Positions 41,459 through 55,835 of a stretch of DNA of 64,000 bases are shown piece by piece. The position numbers were made by a program, and so were the translations under genes. Origin of the DNA: the human T2T-CHM13v2.0 reference genome, Homo sapiens; the NCBI RefSeq assembly GCF_009914755.1, contig NC_060942.1. One strand, 5' to 3'. How positions within the stretch are numbered: position 1 is the stretch's first letter; each line of letters begins with the position of its first letter. The notes under the pieces are model-generated. The model was not told where the DNA came from, searched no databases, and was given only the letters and a program-made list of their open reading frames with translations.

Positions 41459-41761
41459 ACTAAGGGGTGCCTTAACATATTATTTCACTGAACATGAACT
41501 ACATCACCAGAGAAATTATTGCTGACCTCTGAATACTTTATTTCCTACCTGGATGTGGATTTGAGTAATGAAGAGAATCAGGCTAACCAAAACCAGAATC
41601 TGAATCAAAGAAGATGAAAGTAAATTGGTCTAGGTGTATCAATGGCAAAGGAACCTATTTTAAAAAGTCAAGAATACTTTTAAGATGGTATTTTATAAAG
41701 ATGCATATAATAATAAACTTAAACTTTCACATCTTCAAATAATCAGGTTTGACTTTATTTT

Positions 41762-41910
41762 TTCCTTGAACAGGTAATTTAACTTCTCTGAGATGGAGTT
41801 TTTCATCTGTAAAATATGGATAATCATACCTACTTATGGGGCAACTTTTGAAGATGAAATAAAGTAATATGTTTAAAAGGCACTTTAAAAATGGTAAAGT
41901 ACTACTACTA
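41762..41910 (+). mobile_element. MIR SINE
   Basis: ccttgaacaggtaatttaacttctctgaga...agtttttcatctgtaaaatatggataatcatacctacttatggg. Confidence 0.75.
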
Positions 41911-42522
41911 CTAAAAGGGTTATAATGATTTCCATGAAGAGGAAAACAAGTAATAAATAATTAAGCTGACATCAATAAATGATTTTTGAAGAGAACCTTC
42001 CAGGATATACTGTATGGTCAATATTAGCTTATCCAATCTACTATACATTCTACTCCTCAGGCCTACAAAATGGCCATGGATGCTGTTCATGATAATTCAG
42101 CAAAGCTGAAAAATTCCTAAACATCTTGTATCTCATCCAAGGAAGAGTCCCCTGAAAGTTTTTAAAACTTGGAGATTGGTCAATTTATGAATGAATATGC
42201 TGACACCCAGAGCTATAAAGTGACTTTTGAGCCTAGTATTGGTATTTTTCTCTATTTAAAATCTCTGACATAAGGTCCCAAATACATAGTAATTGTGAGT
42301 TTTAGCTTTAATATTTAATTGACCAAGATAGAAGAAAATTGGTGCCCCACAGAATTAGGAACGTGGTAAAGTGTGGAAGCACTGGAATCATGAACCAAAG
42401 TTATGAGTCTCAGAACTGGCCTAGCTCTTTCATAAAGCCAATTCACTTAGCACTAGTCTCATGAGGGGCAAATAGGGTTAGCTCTTCCAATTCCTTGGCT
42501 GCATACATTTCTATATTACTAC

Positions 42523-42566
42523 TACTTTTAATGGCAAAAACCACAATTACTTTTGCGCCAACCTAA
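42523..42566 (+). mobile_element. MADE1 (Hsmar1-derived MITE), right half only
   Basis: tacttttaatggcaaaaaccacaattacttttgcgccaacctaa|ta = last ~44 nt of MADE1, followed by TA. Confidence 0.92.
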
Positions 42567-43759
42567 TACTAAGTATTTAAACTCTCCTTAGTTGATCTTA
42601 CACATCATCAACTCCCAGGAAAGTGGAACACTGAATCAAATACACTTCTTGTTCATAAAGGTATATTTGATTTCTACCATGTAATGGAGTTTCATCTTTT
42701 AAAACAACTATTATGAATCACTCTCTTCTCAAAAACCTTCCCTCGCCTCCAAACAGAAACCACTCTGAAAGAAGCAGATCTTAGTGAATTTTTGGAAGCT
42801 GTGGCCTTGTCTGATAGACTCTGTTTAAACACCACTTTTACATTAAATGCCAAATCCTCAGCTCTATGCACTGCCTCATTAGTTATTAATGAGGCAACAT
42901 ATTTGTTCAAAATTTATGGTTGTTGATTTGCTCCCATCACTGTATGAAATATTAACATAGCATTTGTACTTGCAACCATTTGCAGACATTAGATTGTGCA
43001 TTTGCATATTCATGAACACTCATAAATGTTTAAGGAGACAGCATAGAAAGCATGGGCGCTGTCAGACAGACAGTAAAAAGGCATATTTACAGCGTTAATA
43101 AGTATTTGAGTTTATAGGCCAAAATGATGAGCAACAAATTAAGTGAAATTCTGGTTTGCCTATTGCAGAGACCTAGGGATTTTGCTATTTTTTAAAGCTT
43201 GTAAACTTGAAATTCATTTCATAGATGCTGAATAAACGCTTATTGTTTAGTCACAAAATATATGCACTCTGTGCAAAGAACTTCCTAAGAGTATCAGGCT
43301 CTTGGAGATTTCATCTCACTCTTTCTGAGATGCAGTTTTTGTCTGCCTTGGGGTTCCCTTCTATCAAAGTAATGTGGGAAGGCAAATGTGTCATATACTT
43401 AACCAGAATTATTTTCTGTTTTGGTTCCACAGAGGAACTTGGACAAATGATATGTTTGGTGTAACAACAACAGCCAATGTACTTGACTCAGTCTGTCAAT
43501 TTATACAAACTAAGTCCTGGCAATGAAAAGGTTCAAGCATGGAGCACTAATGGACAATATGAGGGAGAGGCATAAACCATCCAACTAACAAACAAACGCT
43601 TGATTTACAAATAATCCATGCATACGAATGTCTGCCAACATCCCACCAAACCCATTCCACTATAAGAAATCTCACCCCTTGCCACATTCCTAAGAGTCAT
43701 GGTGAAAAATCTAGACCCTTTTGGAAGTTTTATGGGTAAATGATGGAGAAAGTATTACA

Positions 43760-43903
43760 TTAAATCTCTACCTCACACTATATACAAAAATTAATTCCAA
43801 ATATTTTAAGAGAATTGATGATGAAAGGAAAAGCTATAAAACTTATATTATGTAAAACAAATATAGGAAAATAATCTTCCTGACCTCAGGGCAATGGGAA
43901 AAA
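43760..43903 (+). mobile_element. Old L1M ORF2 fragment
   Basis: ctacctcacactatatacaaaaattaattccaaat...aaagctataaaactt...aaatataggaaaataatcttcctgacctcagg. Confidence 0.7.
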
Positions 43904-44917
43904 AGGAATTAAGCCATCCTGTGGGCAGTATCACTACCTGTGCCATGCCATTGTTAAATGTCTCAAATATCATCTCTGGGTGAATGAATGTGTGAGATAG
44001 CTCACCATATCCTTGTACCAGCAGGAGAGGGAGGTCATAGATTGGAACATGGGTTGTAGTTGGCTTCTGTTGCCATGGCCTAATTGTTCTGCTGGTCACT
44101 TCTTGCCCCCTTGGCATTACTGCTGAAATCTGCAACTAGTAGATCCATGGTCTTTTCTTTCTTGGCACAGCAAGGATATTCTTTTCCTCTCTGGTGACAC
44201 GCTGTGCTGCAACTTTTGCTCATTCTATTCATCTATGAGGTCTGAAAGTTCTTTTCATTTATTCTTTAGCCTAGGCAACCTCCTCAACAGGCCATGGCAA
44301 CAAGGCCACTTCACCATCCCTGCAGTGATTCCTCAGTAATTCACCACCAGAAGCACCATCACCTTCCTTCTGTGTCCCTCCACAAAGCCAGTTGGGACTT
44401 CTAGATATTTTTGAAGGCATATTGAACTAGATGGTGTTCTAGGGTACTAATTTCAAGCTGTTGTTCTCCTAACCATGCCACCATAGCAGCAATTTTATTC
44501 TGATGCATAGATTTGTATAGAGAGGGTAAGAAATTATTCCATGAAGTGATCCCTTCTCAGAATTTTAAATAAGAAATGGAAAAACTTTCTGTACTCTCAG
44601 AGTTTTCATAATTTCCCCTGGGGTAGGAGGGCAGGTGCAGAAGGTGAGTCCAACATGTTTGTATCTGATCTCGTCTCTTTCTGACCCCCTTCCCTTCCAT
44701 ACAATCATCTTGTACCAAGAGGGATGTGCTTTTCCTTCCTCTTTTCTGTGCAGCAATATCCTCTCTTACATCCTATTCTCTTTCCAGAAATACATTGACT
44801 CTGCTCCTTTCACTAGGGCTATGGTGGCAGAAAGGATACAGGGAAAAACACACTGACTTTTTGAGAAGAGAATAAAATCTAACCTCCTATGCACACAGCC
44901 TTTGATGAGTCAGAAAC

Positions 44918-44978
44918 AACACACATTACACACAGACATACACACACAGATTCACACACACACAGATACACACACACA
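44918..44978. repeat. Degenerate (CA)n microsatellite
   Basis: Direct read. Confidence 0.8.
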
Positions 44979-45009
44979 TGTTAACTTCTACTAATGGGAA
45001 GAAATTTAT

Positions 45010-46425
45010 TTATTAATTCAACACACATTTGTTGTGACTCCATGTAAGCACAGTGACTCTCATGCAAACACAGTGGTGCACAAACAGGAAGCTATTTTTA
45101 AAAATAAAGCTGTATTCTACACTTCAAGGAAAGAAATAAGTAATAAACAAAATAAATAATACTGAATATATCAAGTTATTATAAAATGCTAAAAAGAAAT
45201 AAGGCCAGGTAAGACCATAGAGAATGATAGATGAATGGAAAAATGCTTTATTGGATGTGGTGACTAGGGAAGGCCTTTATCATAAGATAACATTTAAGCA
45301 GGGAACGGAACAAAGATAAAGAAACAGCCACGTGGACGTGTGGTGGAAGATCGTTTGAAGGAGGAGAAGAGCAAGTCAAAGGCCCTGAGGCAAGAGCACA
45401 CTGGGCATGTTCAAGGTTGGTCATGAAAGCCACTACAGTGGGAGTGCAGGGATGAGTGGGAAGGGAGTGGGAGGTAAGATCAGAGGGACGGTGAGAGGAT
45501 GGATCATAAGCTTAGATCACAAATTTGGATCTGCATGATTTGGGAAGCCACTGAAGAATTTCTAGCAGAAAGATTATACGATTTCATTTACATTTTCAAG
45601 GAAGCCATCTGGCTACTATGTTGGGAACAAATTTAGGTGGCACAAGTGTGGAAGCTGAGAGACCAGCTAGGAGGTGACTACAATATTCCAGGTGGGACAG
45701 GCTCAGACTGAGGAATTAGCTGGGAAGGAGAGAGAAATAGTAACATTCCGGGGGAATGTGAGATTTGCATATGGGGTGTAAGAAAAAGAATCACAGTTAC
45801 TCTATGGTCTGGGACCTGAGCAACCAGAATTATACTGATATGAAGCCAACAGTAGGAGGAGCAATTTGGGGGTGGGGATCAGAGCTCAGTTTTGGGCAGG
45901 TTCAGGAGGCAGATCTCAACTGAAGGGAGGCCAAACAAGCAGCTGCATTCTAGAGTTCAAGGAGTAGGTCCAGGCCAGATCAGCAACTAAGACAGTAACT
46001 AGCATACAGATGACATTTAAGGCCATATACTAGGTGGGATCTCCCAGGGTGGGATTTTAGACAGAAGAGAAAACAGGGTGGATCTTGATCTCTGGAGCAC
46101 TCTGATGTTTGGAGGTCATGGGTCTGAGGAGAAACTAGCAAAAGAGACAGAGCAGTTACTGGGGCAGAAGGAAAAGAGAAGAATGTTGAAATAAAGAAGT
46201 GTCCAAGGAGGAGAGACTGTGTTGAGTACAGCCTGTCAGTGGGGTGGGAGGAGGAAGAAGAACTGGCTGTTGGCCCTGGAATGTGGGAGCATTGGTGCCT
46301 GGGGAGGTCAGTGTCCACTGGGCCTTACCATGGTGGCTCATAGGAGAAAGAAGAGGAGAAAAAAGTTTTGAGAGTAAGTGAATTTTGATAGAGATAACTT
46401 TGAGCTTTACTCTTTGGCTCAGTAA
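45010..46425 (-). mobile_element. L2 (L2a-like) relic, ~1.4 kb
   Basis: attcaacacacatttgttg...agggaaggcctt...gcaagtcaaaggccctgaggcaagagc...tgggaagccactgaagaatt...gagctcagttttgggcagg. Confidence 0.8.
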
Positions 46426-47129
46426 GATGGGTTCCTTGGGAGGACAGAACAAAATGGAGAAACCATCTTCTCTTCCTCCCTGAAAAGGGCCTGCCCTGAA
46501 CAATCGTGTACAGGGAGTACAAGTCCCTCATTCCTCTGCAGCAGCAGGAAATGGGCTCTGTCCAGGCCACTGGACTCCACTGATGTGCTGAATAAGTGGA
46601 ACTCGTCTTTTTGAAATGAATGCCTCGGGTACGTCCTGTTCCCAGCTCCTTCTCCAGCACCCGCAGCCCCTCGGCTGACGTTTCAGAAACACAGCCCAAG
46701 CTGAAATGGGCAGCCTGCCCATGGAAGAGATGGGGCAGAGGGAGACTGTGGCCTGTTCACACAGTTTGGTGGAAAGTGAAGACTGAAGGGGCTTGTAAGT
46801 AGCACAACTAATAAAGCTCCTATTTATCTAAACCCACATTCCACAGAGCTTCACAGATCTTAGAGACATGAGCTCATTCCTTCTTCTCGCTCTGAGGTAG
46901 TGAGTCAGGTTCCTTGAGCTTTATTTTACTTATGAATAAAATAATGTGACGAACCGAGAATCCTAGCAACCTCAGGACCATGGATTTTTCAGCATTTTCA
47001 GAGCGCTCTCTGTAGCTGAGAAGCTCACCAGGGCAAAGGAACCCCATTAGTGTATGTTTGAATAAGGGAGACAAGACAAGAATGTTTAACCAAGCAATCT
47101 AAGTCCAAATATGGAAATGGGAGACCGGA

Positions 47130-47700
<571 letters not shown>

Positions 47701-47759
47701 TCAAGCTAGGGAAGAAAAGAATTTTATCTAGAAATTTGGTAACACCAAACAGAAAACTG

Positions 47760-48330
47760 TTGCTTTAGTTATGGTAACTCCAGCTATTTTAAGAAGTAAA
47801 GCCCAAAATTTCAGTGGCTTAACACACTAGAAGATGATTTTTTGATCACATAGTAGCACTGGGCAGGCGAGCTGATTGACAGCCCTCTTCCACACAGTGG
47901 TTCAGGGACCCAGCCTGGTGCCATTTTCAATATGAAGCTTTCAAGGCAACTCTGGATGTCATTTCTGTTCCAGAAGGGGGAAAATGCATGGAGGAGGATA
48001 AGTCGAGGCATGTGTGAGGAAGAAAGCTAATATACATCAAGCCTAGAAATGAAACATTATTTTCTCTTTCATTCCATTGAGTAGACTTCTCTCAATGTGT
48101 ATCTCTCAGAATTCTGAGAATTCTCTCAGAATGCGTATCTCAACAAAGGGGGATAGATATCAAATAAGCTGTTGGATATAAGAGTCTAGAATCCAGAGAA
48201 TAGGTACAGACTAGAGCTGCAAATGAGAGAACAAAACCCTGCCAACGGAAGGTGGAATGCTAGAAAATATAAACCCTGGGTCAGAAGCCACTTCCCAGCC
48301 ACATGTCTATGCTGTGGAAGCAGAAGTGCA
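47760..48330 (-). mobile_element. Old MaLR LTR (MLT1J/K-like) carrying an internal ~150-bp foreign segment
   Basis: cccaaaatttcagtggcttaacacactagaag...ctcttccacacagtggttcagggacccag...cattccattg; resumes ...gctagaaaatataaaccctggg...cacttcccagcc. Confidence 0.55.
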
Positions 48331-48417
48331 AGTGTTAAGATCCCACACATTCTGGGTGTACCTAAGCATGTAGATCAGAGGAAGATAGCTTTCTTGGTAA
48401 GAAAATTCTATATTGTC

Positions 48418-48453
48418 ACCACTTCTCAGCCTTTTGGCTAAGATCAAGTGGAG
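48418..48453 (+). pseudogene. 3'-truncated U2 snRNA retrocopy (first ~33-36 nt)
   Basis: accacttctcagccttttggctaagatcaagtg vs U2 5' end atcgcttctcggccttttggctaagatcaagtg: 30/33 identical, two differences at CpG; flanking direct repeat agaaaattc (48400-48408, 48452-48460). Confidence 0.9.
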
Positions 48454-48777
48454 AAAATTCCTTTTCGGGGTTCCAGGATACAAAAATTAGGGCTTCAACC
48501 TAATATGGATTGGGACTTAAATCAAAGTTAATTTGCAAAACAAAGTAATAAGGAAGTAGCTTCTTGCACTGGCCAACTGAAGCAAAAAGGAGTTGGGGGC
48601 CTGGGAGTGGGGAGAGATGGAGAGATAGCTGGTGAGACTGAAGCGGGGCAGCTATGGTGGCCTCCTGAAAATAATGGCCTTTGGAGCTTGCGAATGGAAG
48701 GGACAGTCTAGGGACTGCACACTGCTGACTTGTAGTGGCTGTGCTCTGCTCACACAGCAGTCTTTCTCTCTCCTCCC

Positions 48778-50348
<1,571 letters not shown>

Positions 50349-50397
50349 TCAAATGAAGGGGCATTCAGCACACAGCCTTAGTTAGCACTTTCTTGTT

Positions 50398-50854
50398 TTG
50401 TTGGTTCCCCAGGGCTGCTGTAATAAGTTGTCATAAACTGGGGGGCTTAAAATGACAGAAATCAATTATCCTATTGTTTTGGAAGCTAGAAGTCCAAAAC
50501 CAAGATATCCTCGGGGTCCTGCTCCTTTTGATGACTCTAGGGAAGAATCCTGGCTTGACTCTTCCAGCTTCTGGTGGCTCCTGGCAATCACTGGCATTCC
50601 TGGGTTTGCAGCTGCCTCACTGCAATCTCTCCCTCTGCCTTCATATGGCCTCCTTCTCTGTGTTTCTGTGTGTCCTTTGCTGTCTTATTTAAGGAAATCC
50701 AGAGTGAATTTAGGCTCACCCTAATCCAGTATGATCTCAACTCAATCCTTACCTTAATTACATTTGTAGAGATGCTATTTCCAAATAGCATCAAATTCTG
50801 AGGTTTTGGGTGTAACACAATTTTTTTTGGGGGGGGCATTATTCAACCTCTTCT
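50398..50854 (-). mobile_element. MLT1C-like solo MaLR LTR
   Basis: agggctgctgtaataagttgtcataaactgggggg...gactctagggaagaatcc...cttccagcttctggtggctcctggcaatc...accctaatccagtatgatctc. Confidence 0.85.
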
Positions 50855-50944
50855 AGTTGGGAAGTGAGATGGGAGAATTGACCTCGGTGGCAGGCTGGGG
50901 AGAGTTAAAGCTGTACACACAGAAGGGAACACTCCCAGATATCA

Positions 50945-51070
50945 AAACTGAAGATTGAGGCTCAGAAGTGACCCTAGAGCATTAAGTGTACCTTGCAAGT
51001 CTTGGGCATGGTGCTGAACTTCCCAGTCACTGGCAGGGGTATTGACATTGAAGCCTGGAGGACTTGATAG
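50945..51070 (-). mobile_element. MIR core fragment
   Basis: aactgaagattgaggctcagaag...ccttgcaagtc...cagtcactggcaggggtattgacattgaagcctgg. Confidence 0.45.
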
Positions 51071-51349
51071 CCTGTGCGTGGCTGGCACCCTGGGCTACCA
51101 TTCAGTTGCATGGGTGTGTATATTATGAGTCCTATCTGAAATCTGGCTCTGTCCACACTTATCATATCTTTTCTGTTGAACCAGTTCAACCTGCCATCTC
51201 CGGAATTTACAGACATGATACAAGACATTTTGTACATCTGAACAAGCTGCACAAAAGACCATTGTCTTTGCTTAGGCCTGTCTGCCCTTGGATCCATTCT
51301 TCTCCTGTCTTCTAGGGAGGCATGGGAAGGCTGATCTTTGAAGACTTGG

Positions 51350-51721
51350 TGATATGTTTAGGCTTTGTGTCCCCACCCAAATCTCATCTTGAATTGTAAT
51401 CCCCATAATCCCTACATGTCAAGGGAGAGACCAAGTGGAGGTAATTGAACAATGGGGGCAGTTTCTCCCATGCTGTATTTGTGATAGTGAGTGAGTTCTC
51501 CCAAGATCTGATGGTCTTATAAGGGGCTCTCCTCCTTCGCCCAGCACTTCTCCTTCCTGCCACCTTGGGAACAAGGTGCCTTGCTTCCTCTTCACCTTCT
51601 TCCATGATTGTAAGTTTCCTGAGGCCTCCCCAGCCATGCTGAACTGTGAGTCAATTAAACCTCTTTCCTTTATAAATTACTTAGTCTTGGGCAGTTCTTT
51701 ATACCAGTATGAAAATGGACT
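51350..51721 (+). mobile_element. THE1D-like solo MaLR LTR
   Basis: tgatatgtttaggctttgtgtccccacccaaatctcatcttgaattgtaatccccataatcc...ccatgattgtaagtttcctgaggcctccccagccatgctgaactgtgagtcaattaaacctc. Confidence 0.92.
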
Positions 51722-51729
51722 CTTTATCC

Positions 51730-52402
<673 letters not shown>

Positions 52403-52517
52403 GAACTACAAATGTTAAAAGAGGGAATGAAATTTTAATTAATATAAATCATTTTATCGGTTACATTAATAAACAGTTTAAGTCAGTATATTAGTTCATG
52501 TTGACAGATATATGCTA

Positions 52518-52600
52518 ACACATATATACATACATGTATGTATGTACGTATATATGCATGCATGCCTGCATGTATCTATGTATGCATGCATGTATGTATG
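52518..52600. repeat. (TATG/CATG/TACA)n alternating purine-pyrimidine tract
   Basis: Direct read; strict RY alternation 52518-52565. Confidence 0.9.
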
Positions 52601-55161
52601 TTTTTGAAGAAAAAAAGGAGGAAGCGGGTTAACTTCCGATGAGAAATAATTGCCGATTTCACTTTTGAGAACTCAATAACTTGTCATATTGATTTCATAA
52701 AGGTTAACAATTATGATTTATGAAGAAAACACTTGATTGTTAATCAATTATCCACCATAAAGGATGGTGGCTGATTGGGACCGTGCAGATCAATCCAGCA
52801 CCAAGAGCATCCTTTCTGTGACAAGTGACCATGGGGCTGGCCGCTAAAGGTGTAGTTTGTCAGAGTTACTCCAAGGTAAAAACTCAGGGCTTTTAAGTAC
52901 CAAGTTCTTCTTTTCATGTATCATCAAAATATACAATTGATGAAATTTTCCTCTCATTGACTCTTGTGTGTCACATCTTGGTCTGGTTGTCACTCCTCAG
53001 CAAACTGCTATCCCCAGTACGTATGGTTTGCAGGGTTTACCCTGACAAAACTATGTGGAAGTCTCAGCTCCTCATCAATGTCCTGGCCTGTCTCCTGCTA
53101 TCTCCCTGGGGCTTTTCCAGAGCCTTCCTTTCTTTCCTCCTTTTCTAGGCTTCAGTCTGCTGCCTTGGCCTTGATCTTCCATCTGTAGGGGAAGATCTCA
53201 TCAATAATGTTAATATGACTTAATGCCTCCTTTCCCAGAACTATTGACATGCTTTTTGTGTTTCCAGACAAACAACAACAAAGCAAACAAGCAAGCAAAA
53301 AAACTCTAAAGCAAAGGAGATCCAAAAGGAAAATTCCAAATGCCTTGGCATCTGGGTAGGGCAATATTTTGCAGCAAGAAGTCTCTATCATCTCTGAGTC
53401 ACCATTCATAGGAAACAGCTCAGCCCCTTCGGTAAAAGAACCTAGCCCTTCCCAAACTGAAATGCTAATAACTTCAGCATTTAAAAAACACAGTGTGGTA
53501 TAGACACTGATATCTCACACCAGTTAAGGATTCATCATTCCTGACACCAGATGGTATTTGAGACATGGGATTCCCCCATCTTGCTCCTTTAGTACTATTC
53601 TTTCTTGCAAACAAAAAGCTTTTTAAATGGTGAGTAATTTGTAAAGCATAAATTGGATCATAAATGGATATTTATTTTTACGTAAATCTTGGCAAACTGA
53701 GGCAGCTACTTTACAGAGGTGATTAAAATTTAAAAGGCAGCATTGCAAGAAGAAGATAATAAAGGGTCATTATTTACAATGACCATATTTACAATAAAAT
53801 GCTAAATTTATTTTAATAAATACTAATTTTATATTTATGAACAGTCATTCATAGACAAGACAATAAAAACTTTCATTCCTGCTTACTGGATTTTTCTGTA
53901 CAGCATATAAATCAAATCCTTCATTCAACACTGCATTCATACTTTGAGCTTGCTATGTTTTATCAGAGTAGTCAAGTCTGTTGTTTCTTAAATCTGTTTT
54001 CTTTATAATAAATGACTATTGATTTGGTTAGCACTCAGCTCCAAATAGAGCAGAATAATGCTAATAGTCCAAGAAAGAGAGGAAAATGAGAGAGTATTTT
54101 ATCAGCATGTTTCAGAATCACAGGTAAAAACCATGGTGGTTAGCAATTTCTTTGTACAGTAACCACTTACAAAGACCTTGAATAAGCGGCTGTTAATAGG
54201 AGAATCTAAGTCACCACATTTTCTTCAAGTTCTGACTTTGGGTGACTTCTTTTTTAATTTAGCAAGTTTTTTTACTTGATTATTTTTTTAATAACCTTAA
54301 CTGATGACAAAGGGAAAGTTTTCCTTTAGGAAAAATTGTTGTGTGGTTGGAAATGTTCCAAAGTTCTGTCCCATTCTTTCTTAAAATAAGGCCTATCCTA
54401 ATTTTAATCCCAGAGACAATCTTGTCAACGTAGGTTTAAAGAGTTTTTTAAAAACTCACTAGTTTGAACCAATGAGAAAAGTCAATATATGCTGAGATAT
54501 TATGCCTAGTGTTTCAAGTATTCAGTCAAGAATTATTTGTTGAGCACTCATTATGCACCAGCATAACTATATAACAACATAGCTCGGCCCTAGTTTCTAC
54601 AGTTAGAACAAGTTGTCAGGAAGGTGGCCTGTCCCTAGGAAATAGCTGAGGACAAAGCCAAGTCAGCAAGCATTTACTGAAGTGCTTAATAGACAATGCA
54701 AAAGAATATTTATATCTGTAGACTTAAAGAATGGGTAGGAATAATCAAGACACCAAAAAGCAAACTCTTTCTGATGGGAAGTGGGTAAAGGCAATGGAAC
54801 TTTGATGCACTTGACCAGAACTCCTGTTTTAACAACTTCTGATTATCGGAACACAGTTGGACCTTAAAGTTAACTCTGTAAACTGAATGAGAATCACGTG
54901 GTCCTTAGGGATGAACCTAGGATGCCTGACTCCTGTCTTGTGCTTTCTCTAGCATCAAAAAAACACAGTTTATGAACTGTCACAACCAAATATGAGATAG
55001 TACCAATAAACCATGAACTCCTTACCTCAACTTAACTGTTTTCATGGCTAAACAATGACTAAACCTTAGATCTATCCACATTTCAAGAAGACACTATGAA
55101 TATATCCTTGAAATTAAGCTCAAGCAGGGTTTGTTTCTGAAAAGGCACCATGAATCCAAAG

Positions 55162-55690
55162 TGTATTAGGCTGTGGCTCCCAATGACTCACATCTCCCAG
55201 TAGTCAAGCCCTGTGTGGTCCCCTCCCACATTGACTCTGACTTTGGCCAATGGGGTATTAGCAAACACAATGTCTACAGAAGATGGGTAAGTGTTTGCTC
55301 ATCACCACTTGCCCTCTTGGAATGCTCATTCTTGGAATCCAGCTGCCAAATAAGGAGGCCAAAACTAGCCATGCTCATGTGGAGAGAGGGAGGGGGAAGA
55401 GAGAGAGAGAAAGGGAGAATGAGTATGAAAGAAAGGTTCTAACATTCTAGTCATCTTCTCCAAGGCCACAGATGTATGAGCAGAGTTATCTGGGATATTC
55501 CAACTCCAGAAGCCTTCTGACTACAACCATATAAGGGACACTATGTTAGGACCAGCAGAAGAATCACCTTGTTGAGCTTCAGCCAGCTCACAAGGTCATG
55601 AGAAAAGGCTATTATTTTAAGTCATCGAAAATTTTATTTTAATCACCAAGATTTGGGGTAGTTGTCACATAGTAACAAATACCTGAAACA
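55162..55690 (+). mobile_element. MLT1G/H-like solo MaLR LTR
   Basis: gctcccaatgactcacatctcccag...cccctcccacattgactctg...tttggccaatggg...gatttggggtagttgtcacatagtaacaaatacctgaaaca. Confidence 0.75.
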
Positions 55691-55712
55691 TCAAGGGACC
55701 TTGAATAAATGT

Positions 55713-55835
55713 GAAGAAGGAGAAGAGGAAGAAGAAGGAAGAGGGGAAGAAGAAGGAAGAGGAGAAGAAAAAGGAAGAGGAGAAGAAAAAGGAGGAAGAG
55801 AAGCAGGAGGAAAGGGGAATAGGAGAAGGAAAAAA
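55713..55835. repeat. Polypurine GAA/GGA tract with 18-bp unit ggaagagg(a/g)gaagaa(a/g)aa
   Basis: 91 uninterrupted purines at 55713-55803. Confidence 0.92.
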
